From an uncultured virus (IMG/VR IMGVR_UViG_3300029309_000019) (lineage: Duplodnaviria > Heunggongvirae > Uroviricota > Caudoviricetes), in the IMG/VR virus record IMGVR_UViG_3300029309_000019, positions 1 through 64,000 of that record: DNA of 64,000 bases; one strand, written 5' to 3'. The notes below the pieces were generated by a model, which was not told where the DNA came from, searched no databases, and saw only the letters and a program-made list of their open reading frames with translations. Of the stretch, positions 6,285-14,087 are shown in pieces. The position numbers and the translations under genes were made by a program. The first letter of the stretch is position 1. Every line of letters begins with the position of its first letter.

Positions 6285-6474
6285 AACCACAGTCCCCTCC
6301 GCCAGGGTTAGTTTTTTTATTAAAAACTTGTTGGTTGCCATGCATAACATTAATGTTGCGCATCATGTTAGTAGGTCTCGGTCTGTTACCTTGACCCATT
6401 TCACCTGGGCTAACCTTTACCATTCTTGGAGACGAAACAGTTCTTTTAGGAAGATTTTTATTTACAAATCCCAT
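6277..6474 (-). CDS. Hypothetical small protein (65 aa)
   Basis: ORF track; ends GGGDCGCG; fits the operon. Confidence 0.6.
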   Translation of the reverse strand: MGFVNKNLPKRTVSSPRMVKVSPGEMGQGNRPRPTNMMRNINVMHGNQQVFNKKTNPGGGDCGCG

Positions 6475-6476
6475 AA

Positions 6477-6542
6477 CTATTTCTTTTTCTTTTTCTTCTT
6501 CATAGGCTTTGCTTTCTTACCCATTTTCTTTTTACCGTACAT
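6477..6542 (-). CDS. Lys-rich micropeptide (MYGKKKMGKKAKPM followed by a poly-Lys tail)
   Basis: C-terminal end of track ORF 6477-6674; the plausible ATG lies just after the stop of 6547-6792. Confidence 0.55.
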   Translation of the reverse strand: MYGKKKMGKKAKPMKKKKKKK

Positions 6543-6546
6543 AATT

Positions 6547-6792
6547 TTATTTTTTAGTAGTTCTACGTTTGGAACCTTTCTTTCTAGACTTTTCTCGTCT
6601 ACTACGATTCTTGCTAGCTTTTTCAAAACCAACAATCTTTCCGCCTCTATGAGAGGCATCAAGTCCATCGCCATTACCGTACGTTCCTTTCTTACGGTTA
6701 TATTTATTTAGAGCAGCTCTTCTTTTCTTTGCTCTATCTGAGGCTTGGAATTTTTTATATTCCTTTTTATAATCTCTTTTTTTTTGTGGCAT
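6547..6792 (-). CDS. Small HNH-like endonuclease-family protein (81 aa)
   Basis: RDYKKEY...R..RN/LN...GDG.D.SH..G......S.NR pattern of small phage HNH-type proteins. Confidence 0.6.
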   Translation of the reverse strand: MPQKKRDYKKEYKKFQASDRAKKRRAALNKYNRKKGTYGNGDGLDASHRGGKIVGFEKASKNRSRREKSRKKGSKRRTTKK

Positions 6793-8300
6793 TATATATT
6801 CAAGTATCTTGATTTTTTACCGTGGTATACACTATTAAATGAAAACCTACAGTCTCCACACGCTTTTAAAGCCTCTTCATGAGAATCATACCATCCTATA
6901 AATTTTTTGTTATCTATTCGTGCGATATTTTTATCAACTAAATAACTAGGCAATCCTTGTTCAATTCCAGAAAATGTTTTACTTACACCTTCTAAATGAG
7001 CTGTAGGCCAAGAACTTTTTTTAACTTTAGATTCAGACAAGGGGTATCCGCATGAAAAATCAGGCACTGTTTTTGATAATGTTTTCTCTATAAAATTTAT
7101 ATCTGTATCCAAGATTGATGACTTTTTACTAATACCTTTAATCCATGAATTTGGAACTAAAACCTCAAATACACCATTTACAAATCCTATAATATGTAAG
7201 GTTTCTCCAAATGTCAAATACTGAGTCTTTAATATATCTCTTCCATGATGAACTAATGTTTTACCATCTAAAGAATTAAAATTCATTATATGCTCATTGT
7301 CGCAATAATTGAAATAAGCACCGTTAGCAAAATTAGAATTGTTTACGGTAGATGATACAATTCCAGAGTTTATTTTTTTAAAGTCTCCATCTGTGTTTTT
7401 AAAAGATGCCTGACTAAATGTAAAAATATTTTTAGCTTGATTTCTTGATAAAGGCTGAGGAGTTCCATCATATACAGTTCCAGTACCAGTTATTAATCCC
7501 AACCTGTTAGATTGCTCTTTTAAATTTTTATGAGATTTTGTTGAAAAATCATAACTATATAAAGTTGTAGCATGCAAATTACAAAACTGTGTTTTTTCTC
7601 CAAATGTAGCTCCAGACTCTATGTTAGATGAATATCCTTCATTGGCAAACATTGCACCATATACTCTTTCATTAGGAGCACCTTTCCATCCTATGGAGTT
7701 CCAACCACTACCGTTATCATCATATATACCAGGTGCAGAACCATATTTTGGAACAGAATCAGGTGGTATACAATAATCTGGTGCAGGGGCAAATAATCTA
7801 GAGTGTATGTCTTTATCTCCAACTTTATTTCCCCAAAGAGGAGGAACAATAGTTGTATTATCATATATAAAGAATCCTGTTTTCCCAGGATTAGTTTGCA
7901 TAGTACCAGTTACAGTTTCAACTCCAGAAACATTTCTACCAACACCTTGCATTTCATGTCTATAATTAAAAGACTTTGTGTCTGGTACTCTTAAACCAAA
8001 ACCTTCTGGAAAATCTCTAGTTTCAACAAAACCAGGTATATCTTGTATATTAGGACATCTGCCTTCAGATAAACCAGCCCAATAGTCAGCTAGTACATCT
8101 TCAAATGTTTTGGCTCCAAAATCAGAAGTAAAAAGTTCAGACTCTAAATAAACATGAGGAAGAACAGTTTTTAATAAAAGCTGTAAAGCTTTACTATTCT
8201 TTTTAGAACATATATACCATTTTTTAGATAACCCTACACGAGGAAAACCTTGCTTGCCATTTGGTTTTAGGCCTGGGTTAAAATTTTTATTATTTGCCAT
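6792..8300 (-). CDS. Hypothetical protein (502 aa)
   Basis: Long ORF, first gene of the leftward operon; no family recognised. Confidence 0.85.
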   Translation of the reverse strand: MANNKNFNPGLKPNGKQGFPRVGLSKKWYICSKKNSKALQLLLKTVLPHVYLESELFTSDFGAKTFEDVLADYWAGLSEGRCPNIQDIPGFVETRDFPEGFGLRVPDTKSFNYRHEMQGVGRNVSGVETVTGTMQTNPGKTGFFIYDNTTIVPPLWGNKVGDKDIHSRLFAPAPDYCIPPDSVPKYGSAPGIYDDNGSGWNSIGWKGAPNERVYGAMFANEGYSSNIESGATFGEKTQFCNLHATTLYSYDFSTKSHKNLKEQSNRLGLITGTGTVYDGTPQPLSRNQAKNIFTFSQASFKNTDGDFKKINSGIVSSTVNNSNFANGAYFNYCDNEHIMNFNSLDGKTLVHHGRDILKTQYLTFGETLHIIGFVNGVFEVLVPNSWIKGISKKSSILDTDINFIEKTLSKTVPDFSCGYPLSESKVKKSSWPTAHLEGVSKTFSGIEQGLPSYLVDKNIARIDNKKFIGWYDSHEEALKACGDCRFSFNSVYHGKKSRYLNI

Positions 8301-8304
8301 AATA

Positions 8305-8336
8305 CAAATATACTAAAATAAATGGTTTCTAACAAA
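8305..8336 (-). promoter_or_regulatory. Bacteroidota primary-sigma promoter (leftward)
   Basis: TTTG-N20-TATATTTG, ending 4 nt before the ATG at 8300. Confidence 0.75.
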
Positions 8337-8345
8337 GATATAGCA

Positions 8346-8406
8346 TAGACATAATAGTCTATGTTGATAGACATTTTTGTCCTACAATAAAATAAATAAA
8401 AAAAAA
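8346..8406. repeat. Iteron-like pair GAC-N6-GTC (22-bp spacing) plus A-rich tract
   Basis: TAGACATAATAGTCTA and TAGACATTTTTGTCCTA, then ACAATAAAATAAATAAAAAAAA; matches the element at 60045-60104. Confidence 0.65.
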
Positions 8407-8438
8407 TTTGTTTTTAAGTGTAATAATTATTACATTTG
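8407..8438 (+). promoter_or_regulatory. Bacteroidota primary-sigma promoter (rightward)
   Basis: TTTG-N20-TACATTTG upstream of the ATG at 8454. Confidence 0.75.
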
Positions 8439-8453
8439 TAAAAATTTAATTTT

Positions 8454-8657
8454 ATGAAAACACCAAACGAAATCACAAACCCAAGTCTTATTGACATAAA
8501 CGACAAGCAAAGAAAACAAGAGCAAAAAGCAGTAAGAGTAACTGCTATGCAAATGGCTCTTCAAGTTACACCAGACCCACAAACTGTTTGTGTAATGGCT
8601 AATAATATTTATCAATTTTTAGAATATGGGACAGCAACAAAAAAAGCTACCGAGTAA
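8454..8657 (+). CDS. Hypothetical protein (67 aa)
   Basis: ORF track; first gene after the promoter. Confidence 0.75.
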   Translation: MKTPNEITNPSLIDINDKQRKQEQKAVRVTAMQMALQVTPDPQTVCVMANNIYQFLEYGTATKKATE

Positions 8658-8865
8658 TTGGAAAATGTTTTTAAACTTTGTAAAAGCTGTTTTTAAACAC
8701 GCTTCTACAGGTGCTAAAAAAGTAAGTAAAGGAGAGTATGCAGAAAGATTATCTACATGCTATACTTGTAAACATAGGATAGTAAATAGATGTGGAGCTT
8801 GCGGATGTTTTATAGAAACAAAAGCAGCTTGGAAAACATCTAGTTGTCCTCATAAGTATTGGTAA
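8626..8865 (+). CDS. DUF6171-like Cys-rich metal-binding protein
   Basis: Y.ERL..C..C......C..CGCF...K......CP...W motif. Confidence 0.7.
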   Translation: MGQQQKKLPSNWKMFLNFVKAVFKHASTGAKKVSKGEYAERLSTCYTCKHRIVNRCGACGCFIETKAAWKTSSCPHKYW

Positions 8866-9161
8866 TGAGCATTGAGCAAGAAATAGCAAACGCAATAGCT
8901 TTTTTAAACAGCTTATCAAAAGATTATAAAGACTTTGATTTTATATTTTCATTTAACTACAAAGATAAAGATTCAGAAAATAGAGGCGGAACTCTTATGA
9001 CTGAAATGGAAATAGAAATTTTTGAAAATGTTAGAGATGAACAATTAGATGTTTATGCTGACATCAAGCATGGTATAGACTTAAATGAGACTGTTGAAAG
9101 AGTCAAAAAAATATTGAATGAAAAAAATTCTGATAAAGACGGGGGAAAAAAGACTGACTGA
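8865..9161 (+). CDS. Hypothetical protein (~98 aa)
   Basis: ORF track; TAATG coupling suggests a start at 8865. Confidence 0.7.
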   Translation: MSIEQEIANAIAFLNSLSKDYKDFDFIFSFNYKDKDSENRGGTLMTEMEIEIFENVRDEQLDVYADIKHGIDLNETVERVKKILNEKNSDKDGGKKTD

Positions 9162-9567
9162 AAAAATGTCTCCCATCTATATGGAGAGTTTATTTGTTCA
9201 AAGATATGTTAGCGCAACAGACGTGATATTTAAAATTCACAGTCCATGTGCTATGCATTTATTAGAATGGATTCTTAATGAAATGAATGAATGGAATCTA
9301 TTTACAATGACAAGAGCAGATAAAAAAAGATTTGCCGTTGAGTGTGCAATAAAAGGCGGTAAAGATTATAGTGTATCATCTGTTGATAAAGGATTAAAAG
9401 CATTAAAAGACGCTGAAATAATAATATCAACTAATGAACATATAGACTCTGTAAAAACTAGAACGAGCACTTACTATGTAAACCCTCACTATTATTGGAA
9501 AAGCGCAAGCAAAGTTAAAAGAGAGGAGCTTGTAAGAGCAATGGAATCTGAGCGTTATGAAAGTTGA
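9118..9567 (+). CDS. RepL-like winged-helix DNA-binding protein
   Basis: S.SSV.KGLK.L....II...YYVNP.YYWK matches the RepL family C-terminal signature. Confidence 0.6.
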   Translation: MKKILIKTGEKRLTEKMSPIYMESLFVQRYVSATDVIFKIHSPCAMHLLEWILNEMNEWNLFTMTRADKKRFAVECAIKGGKDYSVSSVDKGLKALKDAEIIISTNEHIDSVKTRTSTYYVNPHYYWKSASKVKREELVRAMESERYES

Positions 9568-9769
9568 AGTAGATAATACGTCATATAAAGCTCAAGAAGT
9601 AAAAGAGCACCACTTAGAAATAGCTGCTCATATAAAAGCTTTATCATCTATGTTAAAAATAAAACATGATGAAGAAATAGTAAGTGTAGAGTTTCATAGT
9701 GAAGATACAATATATATAATTATAGATAATGGAATTAAACGGAATAATAAGAAAAATAACCCTGGGTGA
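9557..9769 (+). CDS. Hypothetical protein (70 aa)
   Basis: ORF track; overlapping coupled neighbours. Confidence 0.65.
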   Translation: MKVEVDNTSYKAQEVKEHHLEIAAHIKALSSMLKIKHDEEIVSVEFHSEDTIYIIIDNGIKRNNKKNNPG

Positions 9770-10010
9770 TATAAAAGAGGGTATAACATACAAAAAAGGA
9801 CAAAAAATGAGAGTCCCAAATTCAAACGCATATTTAGAAATAATAGATATTACTAGGGATGATGAGTATTTTAATTATTACAACAAAACAAGATTTAATG
9901 TTTTTGTAAAACCTAGTAATGAAGATTATACAAGGCTATGGAAATCTTTTATAGACACGCCTGTATCAATAGAGTATGATATTAAAATTGAAGATTATGA
10001 GACCTATTAG
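9729..10010 (+). CDS. Conserved phage protein (93 aa)
   Basis: IIRKI..G..K....Y..GQ...LWK.F...PVSIEYD motif; upstream of the co-chaperonin. Confidence 0.8.
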   Translation: MELNGIIRKITLGDIKEGITYKKGQKMRVPNSNAYLEIIDITRDDEYFNYYNKTRFNVFVKPSNEDYTRLWKSFIDTPVSIEYDIKIEDYETY

Positions 10011-10581
10011 AAATGTAGTATTTACAAAAAGAGAAAAAAAAGAAAATGATGAAATTAAAATTGGAGAAGAAACATTACGTGTTGACACGTCTTGGTCTCC
10101 AATGCATTGGGTGAATCAAAGGGCCGAAGTATATTCTGTACCAGAAGTTTTAGATTCTTGGATGAATACAGAAGTTGAAGTTCAACCAGGAGACTTTGTT
10201 TACACTCATCATTTTATAAATGACGCAAACAATGCTATAGAGTTTGAAGATTTAGAAATTGCATACATGCCTTATAACCAGCTATATGCTAGAGTAAGAG
10301 ACGGTGAGGTATATATGTTAAATGATTTTGTTTTAGTGGAGCCTGTAAGAGAAACTGAAGATGAAATAAAAACTGAATCTGGACTATATTTAAAAACCAA
10401 TACTGAAATAAAAAGAAACATAGGAATATTAAAATATGTAAATTCTAATACAAAACATATAGGGGCTAAAGTTGGCGATAAGGTTTGTTTTGAAAAAGAC
10501 GCTGATTATGAAATGGATATAGAGGGAGAAAAGTTGTTTAGAATGAAAAATAGTAACTTAATATATGTCATCGAAGAGTAA
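9997..10581 (+). CDS. groES: Tandem GroES/Cpn10-like co-chaperonin
   Basis: Two Cpn10-like units: MRPIRN...VQPGDFVY and LNDFVLVEP...KTESGLYL...KVGDKV.F......IEGEK..RM....LI.V. Confidence 0.75.
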   Translation: MRPIRNVVFTKREKKENDEIKIGEETLRVDTSWSPMHWVNQRAEVYSVPEVLDSWMNTEVEVQPGDFVYTHHFINDANNAIEFEDLEIAYMPYNQLYARVRDGEVYMLNDFVLVEPVRETEDEIKTESGLYLKTNTEIKRNIGILKYVNSNTKHIGAKVGDKVCFEKDADYEMDIEGEKLFRMKNSNLIYVIEE

Positions 10582-10867
10582 ACATGAGGATAAACTGCAG
10601 AAGTTAATTAATGCAGGTAAAGAAGCTTTTGAATTATTATTGGCAGAAGTAAAAAAACCACTAGACCCTGAGCTACAAGATGACAGGGCTAGAAATGCAA
10701 TGAAAGCTAAGAAAGAATGTTTTATGGATGCTAAAGAAATAATTACAGAAGTAGAAAAACTTGAAGCATATCTCAATGGAGAAGAGGCTCCCCCAGACAC
10801 GGAGGAATCAGAAGCTGCATTTAAAAAAGGGTATGCAGAAAAGTTTGCAAAAAAAAGAGGAGCATAG
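10565..10867 (+). CDS. Putative terminase small subunit / packaging-associated helical protein
   Basis: Helical 100-aa protein (D.RARNA..AKK....DA.EI), last + strand gene before TerL. Assignment is by position. Confidence 0.45.
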   Translation: MSSKSKHEDKLQKLINAGKEAFELLLAEVKKPLDPELQDDRARNAMKAKKECFMDAKEIITEVEKLEAYLNGEEAPPDTEESEAAFKKGYAEKFAKKRGA

Positions 10868-10877
10868 CTCCTCTTTT
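10853..10877. terminator. Bidirectional intrinsic terminator
   Basis: AAAAGAGGAGC-ATA-GCTCCTCTTTT between convergent genes. Confidence 0.85.
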
Positions 10878-10896
10878 AATTTATACACATAAATTA

Positions 10897-11982
10897 TTAT
10901 GTAGTAAGCGCTATTTCAGTTAAAGCACCAAGTTCAGCAGCAGTGTGGTTAACAACTAAATAGTCATCTCCACCTTTTCCTAATCCACGCTTAAGTTTGA
11001 TAACTGTATCGTTAGCCTGAACAGTACCCCAACCAAAAGTAGTTGTGGCAGCCATTTCATCAGCGCTAGCAATATTTTTAAGTCTAACTATAGCAGATGC
11101 ACTTTGGTCAGGGAAAGCAACAAGTTGTCCATTAACACATAAAGATAATGCATTTACTAAAGCACCCTTACTACCAACATGGTTAGTAAAAGATGTCATA
11201 AGACCATCTAAAGATGTTTCTACTTCTAATACATCAACAAATGGAGAGTCAAGTCCCGCAAAGTTTGTATTTGAAGCATCATACCATACAGCCCAGTCAT
11301 CAGCAGAAGCGATTGATGAGCCAGATGGAACAGCTAAACCTTCATAAGTTAAGATAACTCTATCCAAGTTAATCATTAAATTTACTTCAGATATAGTTGT
11401 AGCATCATATAAAACACCATTTTTTCTGTTTACCTCAACAGCTCTTAATTGACCAGAAGCTGAAGAGAATCCAAAACCGTCAGCAACGTTTACACATGGC
11501 TCAACAGTAATTATTTCAATAGGTGTTCCGCTTCCTAAGCTTGGGTCATGATAAAGAAGTTTACCTTGAACTCTTACTAAGTCTAAAGTTAAACCAGCTC
11601 CATTAGTAGTAATATCTTGATTAGTAGGAGTAGAAAAGTCAGCTTCTGAATCATGTAAAAACAAACCAGTTGCACCTGTTGCTCTAACTTTAAATATTTT
11701 ACCAGGAGTATAATCAGCTCCTGCAATATCAAAGTCTCCAACAGCGTCTCCAACTTTACCAATTCTTACATACTCACCACTAGTTATTCCATGTGCTGAA
11801 CCAGTAGTTACAGCATCAGTAGCAGCAGTAGCTGTAGTAACATCTATGCCAGTATCAGTTTCTTTGTTAGTACCGTAAATTATGTGCTCGGTACTTAGCA
11901 CCATTGGTTGTGATTCGGCTAATGTAGTACCGAACTCTTGATTTCCGTACCTTAACACATTGGCCACAATTAAATTTGCCAT
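10897..11982 (-). CDS. Acidic Gly/Ala/Thr-rich protein (361 aa), probable virion accessory protein
   Basis: Long ORF with structural-protein composition; AHGITSGEYVRI motif; opposite strand with its own promoter and terminator. Confidence 0.8.
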   Translation of the reverse strand: MANLIVANVLRYGNQEFGTTLAESQPMVLSTEHIIYGTNKETDTGIDVTTATAATDAVTTGSAHGITSGEYVRIGKVGDAVGDFDIAGADYTPGKIFKVRATGATGLFLHDSEADFSTPTNQDITTNGAGLTLDLVRVQGKLLYHDPSLGSGTPIEIITVEPCVNVADGFGFSSASGQLRAVEVNRKNGVLYDATTISEVNLMINLDRVILTYEGLAVPSGSSIASADDWAVWYDASNTNFAGLDSPFVDVLEVETSLDGLMTSFTNHVGSKGALVNALSLCVNGQLVAFPDQSASAIVRLKNIASADEMAATTTFGWGTVQANDTVIKLKRGLGKGGDDYLVVNHTAAELGALTEIALTT

Positions 11983-12012
11983 TTTTTTTAGTATTGGTTA
12001 ATAAATAGATAA

Positions 12013-12044
12013 GTTGCAAATATACAATAAATTTTGTATTTTTG
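12013..12044. promoter_or_regulatory. Overlapping divergent promoters
   Basis: Minus strand TATATTTG (12024-12017) toward 11982; plus strand GTTG-N20-TATTTTTG (12013-12044) toward TerL. Confidence 0.6.
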
Positions 12045-12071
12045 CTAGTTGACAAGTAATTATTATTAGAT

Positions 12072-14087
12072 TTGAGCAAAACAATCTGGCTTAACGCTTC
12101 CAGTAAGGGAAAGGACATTAATATATCTGGCATTAGCATAGGTATACCAAAAAAACCTACGTCAGGCATTGGAGGAATAAAAAAATCTAAAAAAAATCAA
12201 AAGTGGACTAGAACCCCATTACCTGACAACTGGGATGTCTTAGAATCTAGCAAGAAAGAAAAATTTATAGAGCAAGAGTTTACAAGAAGAAGAGATGGCT
12301 ATTGGTTCATGAATAATGGTGAGCCTACATACATTACTGGAGCTCATTATTATTATTTAAACTGGTGCAAGATTGATATAGGTTATCCAGATTATAGAGA
12401 TAGAGACAGAAGATTCTTTTTGTTTTGGGATGCATGCGTAAAAGATGATGACTCATATGGTATGGTAATGGTAAAACATAGACGAGAAGGAGCTTCTTGG
12501 AAAGGCGCATCTTTAGCTTTAAACATGATAACATCAAACTATAACTCTCACGGTGGTCTTTTATCTAAAACAGGTGCTGATGCTAAGGATTTATTTTTTA
12601 AAGTTGTAGATATGTTTAGAGGTCTACCAGATTTTTTCCAACCAATAATTGATGGTACAGATAATCCAAAATCAGTTTTATCTTTTAAAAAGCCAGGAGA
12701 AAGAATTACAAAGAAAAATCAAGGAGTACAAAAATCTGAAGCTTTAAACTCTAGAATAGACTGGAGAAATACAAAAAATAACTCATATGACTCTGCTAAA
12801 TTAAAATACTTTATGTCAGATGAGGCAGGTAAGTGGGAGGAAGCAGATGTTTGGAAAAACTGGCAAATTGTAAAACCATGTTTATCTTTAGGTAGGAAGG
12901 TTGTAGGTAAATGTTTTATGCCTTCTACAGTAAATGAAATGTCAAAGTCTGGAGGAGAAAACTTTAAACGCATATGGGATATGTCTAATCCTGAAGATAG
13001 AGATTCTACAGGTAAAACTCGCTCTGGATTATATAGATATTTTACTCCAGTGTACGATGGACTAGAAGGTTTTATAGATGAGTATGGCATTTCACAAATA
13101 GATGATGCTAAAGAGTACATGGACAGTATACGAGATGGGTTAAAAGATGATACAAACGCTTTAGCTGAGCAAAAAAGACAGTATCCATACAATCCAGATG
13201 AAGCATTTAGACATGATGCAAAAAAATGTTTATTTGATGCCGAAAGAATATATCAACAATTAGAATATAACGAAGTTGCAGGCTCAAAATTAGTAACACC
13301 TGGTAATTTTATGTGGAGAAATGGTGTAAAAGACACTGAAGTGTTATGGTATCCAGATTTTCATGGCAAATGGACTATAACTTGGGTTCCAAACAACCCA
13401 AATTCTAAATCAGACAGAAAAAAGAATCATCCTGGCAACAGTCAAAGCATAGTAGCTGGATGTGACCCTTATGACCACAGCACTACAACCGATGGTAGAC
13501 GTTCAGATGCTGCAGCTTATGTATTTAGAAAGTATAATCCTGCAGAACAAGACGCAACACATTGTTTTGTAGCTGAATATTTAAATAGACCTCCTAAAGT
13601 TGAGGTTTTTTATGAGGATATACTAATGATGTGTGTTTTTTACGGATGCCAAATACTAGTAGAAAACAACAAAGTAGGTTTAATAAATTATTTTAGAATG
13701 AGAGGCTATGAAAATTATTTAATGAATAGACCAGAAACAACTCATACTAAATATAGTCAAAATCAAACAACTCCAGGAATACCCACTTCAGGAGCTGTGG
13801 TGATTAATGCAATAGCAGATTCAATACAAGCTTACATATATGATAATGTAGGATTTAATCATTCTACAGGACAAGTGGGTAATTGTTATTTTGATAAATT
13901 ACTAAAAGATTGGTTAGAATTTGAAATAGATAACAGAACAAAATATGATGCCTCTATGGCTTCTGGTATAGCTCTTCTTGCAGCACAAAAATTTGTAAGA
14001 CCTGAACCTAAAAAAAGAGAATACATACCATTTATAAGAAAGTATAATATAAAAGGAAAAAAATCTAAATTATTAAGAAATGTCTAA
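12072..14087 (+). CDS. terL: Terminase large subunit
   Basis: YITG.HY.YLNW, Walker-A-like KHRREGAS, Walker-B FMSDEAGKW, nuclease AGCDPYD and YD..MA..IA; TTG start. Confidence 0.93.
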   Translation: MSKTIWLNASSKGKDINISGISIGIPKKPTSGIGGIKKSKKNQKWTRTPLPDNWDVLESSKKEKFIEQEFTRRRDGYWFMNNGEPTYITGAHYYYLNWCKIDIGYPDYRDRDRRFFLFWDACVKDDDSYGMVMVKHRREGASWKGASLALNMITSNYNSHGGLLSKTGADAKDLFFKVVDMFRGLPDFFQPIIDGTDNPKSVLSFKKPGERITKKNQGVQKSEALNSRIDWRNTKNNSYDSAKLKYFMSDEAGKWEEADVWKNWQIVKPCLSLGRKVVGKCFMPSTVNEMSKSGGENFKRIWDMSNPEDRDSTGKTRSGLYRYFTPVYDGLEGFIDEYGISQIDDAKEYMDSIRDGLKDDTNALAEQKRQYPYNPDEAFRHDAKKCLFDAERIYQQLEYNEVAGSKLVTPGNFMWRNGVKDTEVLWYPDFHGKWTITWVPNNPNSKSDRKKNHPGNSQSIVAGCDPYDHSTTTDGRRSDAAAYVFRKYNPAEQDATHCFVAEYLNRPPKVEVFYEDILMMCVFYGCQILVENNKVGLINYFRMRGYENYLMNRPETTHTKYSQNQTTPGIPTSGAVVINAIADSIQAYIYDNVGFNHSTGQVGNCYFDKLLKDWLEFEIDNRTKYDASMASGIALLAAQKFVRPEPKKREYIPFIRKYNIKGKKSKLLRNV

